This document shows, piece by piece, positions 36,341 to 49,000 of a stretch of 64,000 bases of DNA (its first letter is position 1; each line of letters starts with the position of its first letter). The DNA comes from Camelus ferus (lineage: Eukaryota). Where the stretch lies: assembly GCF_009834535.1 (NCBI RefSeq), contig NC_045698.1, positions 13,642,001-13,706,000 on the forward strand. The letters are read 5' to 3'. The position numbers and the translations under genes are program-made. Below the pieces are notes generated by a model. It did no database searches and was not told where the DNA came from. It worked only from the letters and a program-made list of their open reading frames with translations.

Positions 36341-37809
36341 ACCATTATTTATCAGTTATGCTAATTAAAAAAAATTTTTTAAGGTTTAATAAAGAAGAAA
36401 GAAGTGCAAATAATCAGGTAGAGTCTGGTCTTCCATAGCCTGGGAGCAAAGTGGTACCTGAGGCAGCAAACAAGTTTCCCAAATCTTATTCCAACAAGAA
36501 AGACCCACTACCAAAATTCAAGGACTAGGCTAGCTGCTCCTTCCATTATTGCATCCTTTCTAAGCATCAGTAGCTCATGATCTCTTTCCGTAGCAGTAAT
36601 GATACCTGTCCTACCATTTTTTCCACCATTGGAATATGTATTTCTTCACACAATAACCCAGGATTACTTTATTTTCAAGGCAAAGGGATGTGTATCTTGA
36701 AAAACTAACCAAATGGTAACAGGTAGTTCATACCTCCATCTGCACCTGTAATTGATGCAAGCAGAACTAAAGATCCTTGAGAATTTCTGAACTGAGACAA
36801 AGGCTGACGACACTCCCATCAAGGCTAAATATTGATTTGTACTCCATCTGCTCTGAGAGAATTCAAAGAAACTTCAAAAATCAGTACCACTTAGCATGAT
36901 AAAATCAAACAAGAATTATGTGCAGAAATTGGAGATAAGAATTAAGGTTGAAAAAAAATTAAGATGGAGCCAAGAAAGAGAAACATGTACAAAATGAATG
37001 AATATGTGAAAAATGAAAAATATTCAGAGGAACATATGAACTGAGGTAAGGCTAGTTTTCACAAATTATCCCTGGAGTTTTGCATGTGTATGTGTGAAGA
37101 CAGAAAATGTTCAATTATTATTAAAATCTGGGAAGTTACACTTTCTTATTCTTAATAAATGTGTCTACTTGTTTGAATATTTTTATACCCTTTTATCTTT
37201 TGCATAATGAGGGTTCAGATATAATAAAGTCACTATTTAAAACTTGTTTCTAGTAATAATTCCTTCTTTAACACATCAAGAAACATCAGAAGGTGTGTTT
37301 TTTTAAGATATAAAATGATTTATGACCTACGTTGGCTCAAAAATCTAATGTGCATAACAAGGAAGTGAATTTTCTACCAATTTTATTTCCAACTCTTCTC
37401 TTTCATTTTCCTTATGAAATAGTTTGCCTCCACATTTCCTGTTTTTCCAGTAAGATATTTATCTCATTGAAAATGTTTAGTCTGAAATCAATGTTATTTT
37501 AATAATTATATAAAATAAACCACCTCCATATTTTTAAATCAAAAATAGCATTCAACATGAGGTAAGTATTTACTGCTTTAAAATAAATCATATGTAAAGT
37601 GAAATACATAAGAATTATAATAGAAATAAAGCTTAACATGCTGCAATATAAATCTGCATTAATTTAGTTTCATTTCAAATAAAAAGAGACTACACGCAAT
37701 ATATTCATTATATTGTTACCTACGAAAGCTTAATTTGGAAACATCTAAATATTCATTCAAATGAAATGTGGTATAGATTTAAGGTAGAATTTTATGAAGT
37801 TATTTGGGA

Positions 37810-37960
37810 GACATTGTTAGGGTGATTATGAGTGAGAGTTCGGAGGAAAGTAACACGGACTCGCTACTCACTAGATATGTGACCTTGACAAGCTGAATAT
37901 CCCTTTTATTCCTCAATCTTTTTGTCCTAAAATAAGGGAGGAGAGTCAGTACTCACCGAC
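37810..37960 (+). mobile_element. MIR SINE fragment
   Basis: 'ctactcactagatatgtgaccttgacaag...ttcctcaatctttttgtcctaaaataaggg'. Confidence 0.65.
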
Positions 37961-40559
37961 ACAGACAGTAAAAGTAATAATAGTAGTAGTAGTAGTCCTT
38001 AAAAACGGTTGTCCCAGATTGCTTAAGACAAAAGAAAATGCTCATGATGTAACATTAAATGAAAAGAACAGATGATGGAACAGACTGGAATGTTGTCAAA
38101 TTTCAACAAGACTTACTTCTTTAAGTCAGAATATATTTCTTTGAATATGCGCCTATAAAACATAGTGTATTATTTATAAAATATAAATGTATATATATTT
38201 ATAAACATAATAACGGAACCATCATTCAGAACACAGAAACCAACCCCAGTTGAAGGGTTGGCATGTGTATTATCTGACATGCAGACATCAGATATTTTTA
38301 AGCGATCAGTTAAACACAGGATCTGGTCACATGTCCAAACAGTATAGTCCAACAAAGTGTAGCTCATATTTTTTTCCTAAAGGATTTACTAGGGGAACAT
38401 AGTCAAGTTTTTGCTCACTAACAGGTGGTTTTTGTAAATGGTATTTTAAGACCATTTATTACCTTCAATGGGGCATAAACAGTGGACCACAGAGCCATCC
38501 AAAAATCATAATTCTATTACATCTCTTGGGGCCAGTTCAATGGACAGATTACCCTACACTCTCCAGGATAAACGGCAAATAACAGGGAACCAGAATTTTC
38601 GGAGAAAAAGTAAAATTTCACAGGTACTGTATAAATAGTTCATGATATCTACCTTTGTTAAAAATGTGTAATGGTTCTTCATGTAATTTGACTAACAGTC
38701 ACAGGTAAAAAAAAAACCATATTTTTTAGACCAAAATACATTAAATGCCTGGTAAGTCTCAAGGAAGCTTCGGGGAGATCTGACTGAGGTTCCACTGGGA
38801 ACCTCATGGTCTGTATATGCAGACAAAGAGAAATACACTCAGGAATGTGGCATTTTTGTGAGCGATTCAAGCTGGAAGACTTGGCTCCGTTCAAACCTTT
38901 CATAATTCCAGGCTTATCTTAATAAAGACTGTCAGATGGTTCTCTATTTCAGCTTAAGTAGTGGCACCATGTGACAACAGTATAAAAACATTTTGCAATT
39001 TGTTGAGCCTGACAACCTCAAAGTTAATGAATTTTAGACAAAATTTTAGTCTATAGGGATTCTCATTATTTGGAATTTTATGCCTAGAGATGTAATTGAT
39101 ATTTCATAATACACTAATGAAAATTGGCATAAGTCAAATTTCTCATAAAATGCAACTGGCACTGTGTATGTAATTTACCAAAAGGGAAAACAGCAAACAT
39201 ATCAACAATAATTTATATAGGATTAAACATGGCTATATTTTTTATATAGTTTTGTTTCTTCTCGAAAGGGGTTGGTATTTTCAAATTAACTGTGCAAATT
39301 AAGACACTTTATTAAATGTTGGCTAAATAGAAAGGTAAGACTAATGGAATTTGAGAGTAGCCTAACTGGAATATTCATTATATTATAATCTGTGATATAT
39401 ACACACACATGTACACACACAGAAGCCAACATGCAATGAAAGATACCACTTTTCAGTGATGACTTTTGGAAGTGTTCCTTACTATATCATTAAGAGATTG
39501 AGTACTTTACTGTTAAACATTATGATCACTAATACCTCTCGTCTGTCTTTGAAATGTTTTTTTTTTTCCCTTACGTCAGATTCCACTGCCCAGTTTCCCA
39601 AGTAAACGAGTTATACCTGTGAATAATACTTCTAGTGTGGATGTCAGTGATAATTATATGCTCCATCTTGAAAACTTTAAGACACTAGCTTCCATTATTT
39701 CTTTTGCAGTGATGTCATCTTCCTTATAGAAGTGTACAAATTGTTTCTGTTTTTATATTGAAGCATAAAAATTATGTTTGTTCACACATAACCCCACACC
39801 CAGAGATACTCAATATAAGTTGTAAAATTTCTTAGAACCTTAGGCTTCAAAATGTTTTTGATGATAGTCTATTGAACTATTATTCATTACGACATTCTGA
39901 AGAGAAAACCGAAATATATACTACTGGCCATTGGGGATTTTATAAGGAAGTTAGCATGATGGAAAAAAGGGATTTGGAAAAAAAAAAAATCAATCGATTT
40001 TGCTCAATTTGCTGCTAGGAAAACTCTCCCTCTCATCCACTGGAGAGCCCCCTGGAGACCAAATCAAGAGAGCCCACATTTAACATTTTCTCCCAGTCTG
40101 ATGTGATGTTGGACCCACTTGGAAACATCCAAGTGTATATTAGTTAAGACCAGTGTCAGTTTCTTTCCACCACATGTTTTTACCCATCTTCTTGTTTTTG
40201 AACAGCAGGAGAGTCTATGGCTATGAGGCCATTCTGATTCTCTGTTAGACACCTGCACTTATCAGTACCCTGGGGAAACTGTCTAGCACAATGTAGTACA
40301 ACATTGCAGTTAGTTTTAAAATTTCTTGAATTTAAACAGAGTAGAGGAGGGGTCCAGACACTCAGACAAATTCCTAGACCAAGACAAGATTCTCCCTTTG
40401 ATTTCCTCTTATTTGCAAACCTACACACCTGCACTTCTTTCTCATAATCCTATCCTGGATCCAACATCTATTCTGGATTAAATAACTTCTATTTTCTTCT
40501 TCAGTAATCAGGAAAACCACCTTCACTACCCATTGTATAGCATTATAAAATATATAGCC

Positions 40560-41040
40560 TTTTCTTCTTTCACTCTTCTCAGAGGAAGCCCGGTCTCATG
40601 TGATCTCGGAAGGGGAGTTTTGGGATGAGAGATACCTGGGTGTCCCTGGTATTGGAGGTTCCTCATCCCAAGCTCTAGCCTATAAAAAGTATGGCTCACA
40701 CCACCTACCATACAAACTGCAATATTTGGAAGCCTTGTCTCATCCCCACCCCACCCCAGAATCGCAGTGTGGTGGTGCCTCATGTAGACGCTGGACCTGG
40801 TGCAGAGGGACAGGCACTGGCCTAAAGGTTGTGCAGGAAAGAAACCACCTGAAGCCAGAAGGTGTGAGCAAACTGCATGTGTGAGCTTTAAAGCTACAGT
40901 TTTCCAGGAGCCCAAAGGGTCAGGGGGCCTGAACTGGGCTTCTGGCACTGAACCCTGGGTTCCCCATGTGACATCTGCTAAGGTCCAAGGCCATAGCAGC
41001 CTCAAGTGCTGTTCTATTGCAATAGATAACAAATATAGCA
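40560..41040 (+). mobile_element. Probable ancient LTR (class III/MaLR-like)
   Basis: A GC-richer block ending 'tattgcaatagataacaaatatagca', which resembles the MaLR 3' terminus. Family not resolved. Confidence 0.35.
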
Positions 41041-41074
41041 CGTACATTTTTCTTCATATACTTCAACCATAATA

Positions 41075-41195
41075 TTTTGCTAAAGATTGAATGCAGAAGC
41101 AGGAATGACAATGCAGTAGTATTCTGTTAAACCAGGAATTAAAAAGAAATGCAAAAATGTAAAATAGTGACATTCTAATCACCATTTTTTTTCCA
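41075..41195. mobile_element. hAT-Charlie-type DNA transposon fragment
   Basis: 'gaatgcagaagcaggaatgacaatgcagtagtattctgttaaaccaggaattaaaaagaaatgcaaaaatgtaaaatagtgacattct' resembles a recalled Charlie-family motif. Confidence 0.55.
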
Positions 41196-41199
41196 GTTT

Positions 41200-41418
41200 G
41201 TTCATCTTGAGGATATTATATAATGAGCTGTAACTATTGGCTACATAAAAGGGTGAGATTTCCTTTTGCCTTTGCAGTCTCTCAGTGGATTGACTGTGAT
41301 GTGCATCGCATTCTAACTTAATGCTTATTTAATAATGAAATTATTTTCTTTCTCTTCTACCTTTGGAGAGGTTTCTGGGTTGGAAGAAAATTTTTGTTTT
41401 AATTACGTTTCTCTAAGA
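41200..41418 (+). mobile_element. ERV1-class LTR 3' half (MER110-like)
   Basis: TATA-like 'tacataaaag', then 'gtgatgtgcatcgcattct...aatgcttatttaataatgaaa...ttctttctcttctacctttggagaggtttctgggttgg...ttttaatta'. Confidence 0.55.
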
Positions 41419-43634
41419 AAAGAAAATCTTTAGAAGATCCAACTGCAGTCCTTTTTTGTTGTTTATTTTACATGAAATTAATGTTCCCAAATTTTAGAAG
41501 GAAGTATGTCATAGTGGGGGAGGTGAGGACAGGTAGGATCAGCCTTTCAGTTTTATAATGCTAGAGCTTCTTCTGTTGGTTTCATCATACTCAGAAGTAT
41601 AACTTAATGGAATGTGAGAGTATTTTCTCTCCCTTATTTTCATCTGAAAGTTCCATTTCTTTTGCCCTTAGGGCCCCTACTTATGTTGAACTTTTTAATC
41701 TATCTTTTCACTTCAGTGTGGGGTTGTCTTAAAAAGTTTATTTGACTGTGAGATATACTAGATCCTCAAGTTTCCTTTGCACTCACCCTTGGATTTGAGG
41801 ATGGAAAACTCATCTCCCTATCCGAGGCTCATCTTAAATCGGCCACGCCCAGTTTCCCATGAGTAGCTCTTAGCCTTCTGGGAGTTTTTCCATTCACAAG
41901 TGGATGAGTGGCTCATTTGCTTAGGCCTATGCTTTTGCAGAAAGAATAGAAATAAACACAGTGGACGACCTTCTACTGTAAAAGTCTGCATAAATGTTTT
42001 CTTTTTGCCTCCTCGCTACAACCTATAACTTCAGTTCAGTCCATGACCAGAAATGTATTTACAGGTACACACTCTACAGATAAAAGAAATTTATTCAACT
42101 TCACTGCACATTTAATATCTGCTATACCAGTATATATACTCTGAGAAAAATACTTATAAGAATGTGGATTGAAAAAAATATAAATTTAATGAAATAAACC
42201 CCCAAAGCCATTCTCCCTACCCTCTATAAATGTTTTCCAACATTCATAGATATCTTATAACAATATTGATATAATTCTTTTTCTTATAGTGTAAAACCTG
42301 CTAAATTATTTTCCAGGAAGGAAGGAAGGGTAATTTGGGATCATGTAGTAGCAAATGAATGTCAATAAAATATCGCCTGTTTAAGATCAAATGGGGAAAC
42401 TGATTCACACGCTTACACACACATGCACCAAAGAATGTTTGAGAAGTTCTTATATAATCCAATATTGCACAAGACGACAACCAAAGCAGATTTTATATGC
42501 TTTCAAGCATGTATCTTTACACCGTTCTTGTACACCATAAAATAGTTGGACTTAATGCCCTAAAGCTACAAATATGATTCTTAAAATATTTCTATATTTC
42601 TGTTACATTTTAGTTTGATTAACTATTTGAATAAAATAAACTGACATATTTAAGTATGCATCTTTGACATAGGTAATATATTAATCATATACAAAAATAC
42701 AGATATCGGTCAATAGAGCGTACTCACATGCATGCACTCACATCGATTGGATTTGCCTCCTGTTCTACTCAGCAGCAACAAAAATTGAAAAGGGGGCCCT
42801 TAACAGTAGTGAACACTTTACAGAAACAAGCTCTTCAGAACAGCATAGGGAACTTTAATTTAAATCCACTACAAGGTAAGGAAACCACTTCACAGTGGAG
42901 TATAATGGAAGATAAAGGGGCACCTCGGGGGCATTAAGCACAGGAAAAGACTTCTGGGTAAGAAGATAAAGCTACCCTTAAACACAAGAGGCACACTACT
43001 TATCTTTCCCCTCTGTGGAAACAATTCTAGGAATATTTTAGTTTCATCATTACACATTGAGCTGGGCTTCCTTCTCTTTCAATATTTTTTCCCCTCAATT
43101 TTATTCTTTCACTATATTTTTTGTTTTCACCAGACATACTTCTATGTTCTAGGAATATACCAGCATCTACCCGCAGGAGGTGTTTATTCTGTCAACCAAT
43201 AACCAGGATTCGTGTGAATTCAGTAATTTAAGGCATAAAACTACAGTGACATAAGGTGGTTTGGTTTTAACAACATATATACTTTTTCTGGCATAAAAAT
43301 TGGAAGTGAAATTATAAGTATGTTATATAAGATTCCCATAATTTATTTTTCCATATGGAAAATGAGGTTTGCCCTTGCCCTACCAACTTAGCAGAGTTGC
43401 TTATCAGCTCTACTTCAGAAAAACATCATTATATATAAATATACTTTGGGTAATTATAATATATATGTGATGAGTTGTAATTATAAATAGCCATACAGCA
43501 TGACATACCTTCTGAGCATTGTGCTAAGCGTCATCTGGAAATACAAAATAGAGATGAATATCTTCAATCTGGTCCAGAAAAATATAAGTTGAGAACTGTT
43601 ACAAAACCATATAGAAAAAACAATAACTTAGATA

Positions 43635-43782
43635 TAAGTTTCTTTATGAGATCTTTAAACTACCTGCATGAGAATTACCTGTTGGATTCCTAGTTAAAAT
43701 GTAGTTTCTTAGGTTCAAATCAAGAATTACTAGTCAATATTTCTAACAAGATTATTAATAGCCTTTAGTACTAAGAACCACT
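43635..43782. mobile_element. MER5-like hAT DNA transposon relic
   Basis: 'acctgcatgagaattacctg...ttaaaatgtagtttcttagg...taagaaccact'. Confidence 0.5.
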
Positions 43783-44184
43783 TAGCTAAATTCTGGGAGC
43801 TTCTTAACTGGACTGGGAGGTCCCACTGTGGAAAAGAGATCTATGAACCATCTGTGGGGACTCACTGGAACTCTCCCATGTTCACGTCCTGTACTCACAC
43901 TGGCTCTCCGGGAGGTTCCTTCCCTTTCAATGACTGTCAAGGCCAAAGCTGGACCTGCTGCTCCATCCAGAGAGGAAAATCAAGACGTCACTGGTCCTGG
44001 GGTGCTGGGGGTTGGCCATCTTAGTGATTCTTACGTTCATGTCACCACCCCCTTTTCTTTCTCGCTCTGAGCAGATACCTCTGCTCGAATCTTCAGCAGA
44101 GCTCTTCCCTGTGGATTCTGGATTAAACTTTCTCCCCTCTGGTCCTTTTGTCAATCTATTGACATTTTTAAAGGAAACTTCTTC

Positions 44185-44522
44185 TGCATAACCACAATAC
44201 AATTACCATTCTCAGGAATGTAATATGTATAGTATGATCTCATAACTACTAGAATACATATTAGTATACTTTATGTGTAATATAACATTTCTACAATACC
44301 ACGATCTAAGGTGCAGTCTGTCCTCAGATTCATCCAACTACCCCAATAATGAACTTTGTTGGCATGGCTTGTTTGATCCAGAATCCAAGCGAGGGTTACA
44401 CATTATTTTCATCTGCTATGCCTCTTTGTTCTCCTTGAATAGAGATCATTTCCTCAGCCTTTTTTCTTTCAGGACATTGACAGTTTGGTACAGTCTAGGT
44501 TCGCTGTTTTGCCAAACAATGT
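44185..44522 (-). mobile_element. Old LINE-1 (L1MC-like) 3' UTR fragment
   Basis: 'cataaccacaatacaattacca', 'ccccaataatg', 'atccagaatccaa', 'ttcctcagcctttttt...gacattgacagttt'. Confidence 0.6.
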
Positions 44523-44539
44523 GATGACTGAAGTGTTTA

Positions 44540-46030
44540 TTTACAGAACAGCTTGTCAGACTGGTGTAATTCCTGTCAGCCGTGCCCTGAAGGGCGTTCG
44601 GGTGGAGCAGCTGATCAAGAGTCCTTTACAGTTAGGTTTAAGCAGGACTGTGAGCTTATCAACTGCATATTATTGGGGAGAAAAGGAAAGAGGAAGTTGG
44701 GGTTAATTGTTGGGCTCCAGAAGAGTCAGCCATAGAACGTAAGCTGGTGAGGAGGGAAATGAGAACACCCCAGGGGATTTGCAGAAGAAAGGGAGAAGGA
44801 TTTATCCACTGGTGATGCTCTTCCATTGGTAAAAGCCATAGCCTTTTGCTTTCAACTCCTCCATCCTCCCAGGTAGCGTATGAGTGGCTACCACTGGGAC
44901 CCACTCATTTCCTTTATTATAGTAAACTCCTATGATACAATACATGGATACAATTTTTATGAGAATAAGAGGTCCTCACTTATTTTACAGGAATGGAAGT
45001 AAAAGGCCAATTAACCACAGCATTCCTTTCAAGGTGATACTATATGCAATAACTGAAAGACACTAAGCAAGCTCTGTACCCTGTCCTTACTGCTGGTTAC
45101 AGACTGTAATTAATATCTGTCCTCTTCCTTCTTCATCACGCGTTCTAGATGCCTTCAGCCTTAGTCGGTAATTTGCATTAATCAGTAGTTAATCCCCCAA
45201 AGGGCAAAATTATTCATTGCCTTTAACTTAAATGTGCAGATTTTGTATAGCCTACCATTTTTATTTTTAAGACTTTCTATTAACCAAACAAGCCTGCCAT
45301 CTTTATACTTATTTATTCCCATACTCGTCAGTTGTGCGGCAAGTGGACATCGCAGTGGTTCACTTTCCTCCTTAGGTCATCCTACCTGGGCACAGGTGAA
45401 AGCCACAATAGCTCCGACTCCATTGAATGTTAAAGTTATAACCACAACTTCCGTCCTTCACTGTGATCCTCATCACTCTCCTGCTCGTTAGAATTCAGAA
45501 GTAAACACTCTCCAGAGGATCTGATTTCTATTACCATTGCTGATACCAACTGTCTTTGCGAAGGTTACCTATAAAGTCGAATATAAAATAAAGGGCATAT
45601 GTGCTACTAATTTACTAGGATGTATAATTCCAAGGAGGAGTAAGGGTCAAAGATACAATTTTGTGTAGTTCACAACGTTGCTCAGTCTTAATGAAAATGC
45701 ATAAAGTGCATCTTGGGGTTCTCAATTAGAAAAAAAGAAAAAGGAGGCATTAGTCCTCTGGCTCCCATTTCCTATCCATCTCAGTTTCATCCCACATGGG
45801 GCATCCCTAAGATCTCAGGTTGTGCATGCATGGACAGTAAGCAGGTTCTCACAGTGATGTCAAAACTAACTCTGGAACAAGAAGCGTGCAACACCGTAGT
45901 GCAGTGTAGGGTGTCAGGTGGTGACTGGGGTGCTTATGACCCACCTGAACAAAAAAGATGGGCAAGAAAGGGTAGATCAGAAATTGTGCAAGAGATGTCT
46001 TATACGAGTGCCTTTTAAGATGGTGCACTC
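44540..46030 (-). mobile_element. ERVL/MaLR-class proviral remnant: LTR (45551-46030), PBS, internal sequence and a second LTR-like piece
   Basis: The minus strand reads '...aca|gttggtatcagcaatgg' at the 45551 LTR boundary, i.e. a CA end plus a TGG-initiated PBS resembling ERVL 'tggtaccaggagtgg'. Related LTR-type motifs occur at ~44800 ('ggatttatccactgg...ttccattggt') and ~45750 ('gcattagtcctctggctccc'). Confidence 0.55.
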
Positions 46031-49000
46031 TACGTTGCAGAACCAAGAACTGAGTCTGGGCTGTGTGAAGCTGAAGACCATCAGCGTGTACTACTTTTTA
46101 AAAATTTGTATATTTCATCACAAGGCATTCTCCACTTGGAATGGGATGGAGTGGAATGGTTATATAACACATCATTAAAGAACTCTCTTAGAGCTATATT
46201 CAAAATATTTGTAGATAAAAAAGGAGAATGGTGGCTGCATTGAAGATTTTGTTTAAAAACATATGGCTTCTACAAACATGAAAGTGTGACCTACTTTAAA
46301 AAGCTGGGAGGTCGAAATGGAAACAGATGAAGATCATTAGCAGAAAAAACTTGGACAATGTTAAAAAGTGTTAACAATAAGGCATGTTCTTAAATGATGT
46401 TATGTTAGGAAAGAGAATAGTCCAGCCATACTACCAATATGAATTTTTATTTTGTGAATAATGTCCGACAAAAGAGTTAAATCTATATTCAGAAGACCAA
46501 AGGACAAAATTAGATCTTACAACTGGTGGGACAGGATGTGTTTAAATTTAATTAGTACAAAAGCACAGGCAGAAGAGAACACCTAAAAAGGAACATGATA
46601 TCAGTGGCACCACCCTTTTGCTCATAAAATGAAATAATCGATGTGTCCTGGTTTTGAAGAAAGATATTACATGTTAAATGTTAGAAATAATCTGTTCTTT
46701 TAAAAATCCTGTTATACCATGATTTATACCTTACCATTAAAATTTCAAAAATTGTTTATTATTGAGAAGATCTCAACAAACCTCATTTGGTCTTCAGTGT
46801 CTAACTATTCTATATAGTTCAAACAAAGAAGAGAATGTCTCCATCTCTGTCACCACCATGAGAAAAATCTGCCTCAAACTTGCTTACGAGGGTGGAGCAG
46901 GGACTATTCTATATTGTTCATTGTACCTCAAACACAAATATCAGTTGGAATTTGAACATTATTTGATGCAAGATTTTCCTAATTAAATGTAAATTTCTGC
47001 AGCAGTATCAAAATATTACTTTTGCTCTTTTATTCTCTTTAAAATGCTGTAAAACCCTTCCCATCTAGGCCCTCAGGGCCCAGCATCTTGTTTAGTCAAG
47101 TGACTTAATCGGTCAGTCTTCTAGCAGATAACCCACGTACGTTCCATCTAATGTAGAGTATAGACTGCCACCGTTAATGACCTAGGGTAACATATTAACA
47201 CAAAGATCGGAAGTGCATCAACATTAGAAGAAGAAACGTTTCATAGAGAGAAAGCACCAGCAAGGCTGTTGGCTGAGTCCCGTGTGAAACAAAAGGAAGG
47301 AAAAAAGGCAGGAAAATTGTGTAGCTGAGAAGAATAAGAAGGAGTCAAGGGAGCAACCAAGGCAGGTGGGACAGAAACACCTGGAGTCTCTCCTCCAAGT
47401 GTTCTTATCATATGTTAAAATAAAATTTTTTGAACAGATGCATTTCATTTGACAATTATCAGGTGACAATTCCAATCATTTTAGGTTCTGTTTCTTCTCT
47501 CTTTTCTTCAAAGGATGAACAGAGTTTGATTTCCTAGATGTCCACTTCTTCTCACATTACTCACTTGAAGACTCTCAACTACTTTTCTTCAGTCTAAGTT
47601 TCTCTCTCAGGAGTGGTAACGTAGGCATAGAAACAGCCCACCCTTTACCCGTTCGGTGCGGTTTTTTACCCCGGTGCCCTCCAAGACCCCTGACCATGGA
47701 GGACTAAGAACTTGCTTGCATCACTGGGGCTAGCATGAGTGGCCTCCCTCACAACCCACCTCCCCTTGTCACTGCACCCCTTGACTCACCCCACACACAA
47801 ACCAGGTGCGTCGGGAGGGGGGTGGGCACCTGTCAGAGATGCTGTGGTTTCAAGGGGAAAAGATCCCATATCCTCCTCTGATCCGGGTCAGAGTAGGTTC
47901 CAGCAGGCGGCTTTAGTGCTTGAGATGCCTGAAAATGGGATACAGCCTTCTTCTGTGGAGAGGGCTGGAACTTAAGGGAGGAGAAGGTAGTTGTAAAAAG
48001 GAAAAGGTAAAATACAGCAGTGAAGATGGCTGGAAACCCTGTGATTTTTGACACGTTGAGACACTAACCTTATGAGGTTTATGGGAGGGGACTCATAGGC
48101 ATCAGTATGGTTTAAACGGGTGTGTGCAGGAGGGTCCAAATGGAGGTGGCATCCATGTACGGCTTTAGGAAGGAAGTACTAGAATGAGGAAAGCAGAGTA
48201 TGGGGGCCCAGGAAGACTATAAATGGTTTGGCTGCCTCTCAGAAAAACATCAGACTGACATGAAAGCTTCCTGTTTTTAATGGTAAAGTGATTCATGATC
48301 ATTACACACTATTGCTGCAAAAGGGATCCTGAGATTTTGAGTTAAATACAGTTCATAGGCTTTTATACCCCATATGTAGCAGTAGCCTGTAAGTTGTATC
48401 AGATATTTGCTATAATGCTGTCTGAGTGAAATTTAACTTACTTTCACTGGTTATAGAGAAATGATTAGACATTTTTACAAATCACGAGGACGATATTGTA
48501 AGTTGCTCATTGTTGTTATTACAATATTTTGAATCTTTTCCCATTAACATATTTTAGCCTATGTATTTAAGTCCTAAACAATTGGCTTAAATATATCTAG
48601 TGTTCATTCAAAATCTCAAATACTCGGACAATAGTGTGCTTCAAGGAAAAAGCTATTAAATAGTGCTTTTCTACTTCTAGAATTTATCAAATTGTTACAA
48701 GTGTTACCCAATTTTCATTAATTGAAAGAATTATCTATATCTTAATTTTAAATAATATTTCATATTTTTATGAGAAAATCTCTAATTGAATAGCATGGGC
48801 TGCTATACTCTCTTTGAGATATATTTTGATTCAAACTGTGGGCATCAATTTTTATCATATAATTATTATAACCTATGTTCCTTCTTATAACTGCATTAAA
48901 TTAGCATGTCAAAGTAAACTGATCCATTGTTAAATAAAATATATGAAAAATACATTCAAAGAAAAAATGATCCCTTCCCCTTATGGGAGAGCAGCTACTG

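Noticed and set aside
40526..41111. Longest ORF in the track (173 aa, minus strand) and overlapping ORFs
   Set aside because: No recognisable domain; they lie in a GC-richer, probably LTR-derived block where stop codons are rarer.
42700..42885. Possible exon ending at a strong donor-like 'aag|gtaagg' (~42875)
   Set aside because: No convincing acceptor or recognisable peptide; such motifs occur by chance many times in 64 kb. An lncRNA exon cannot be excluded without RNA data.
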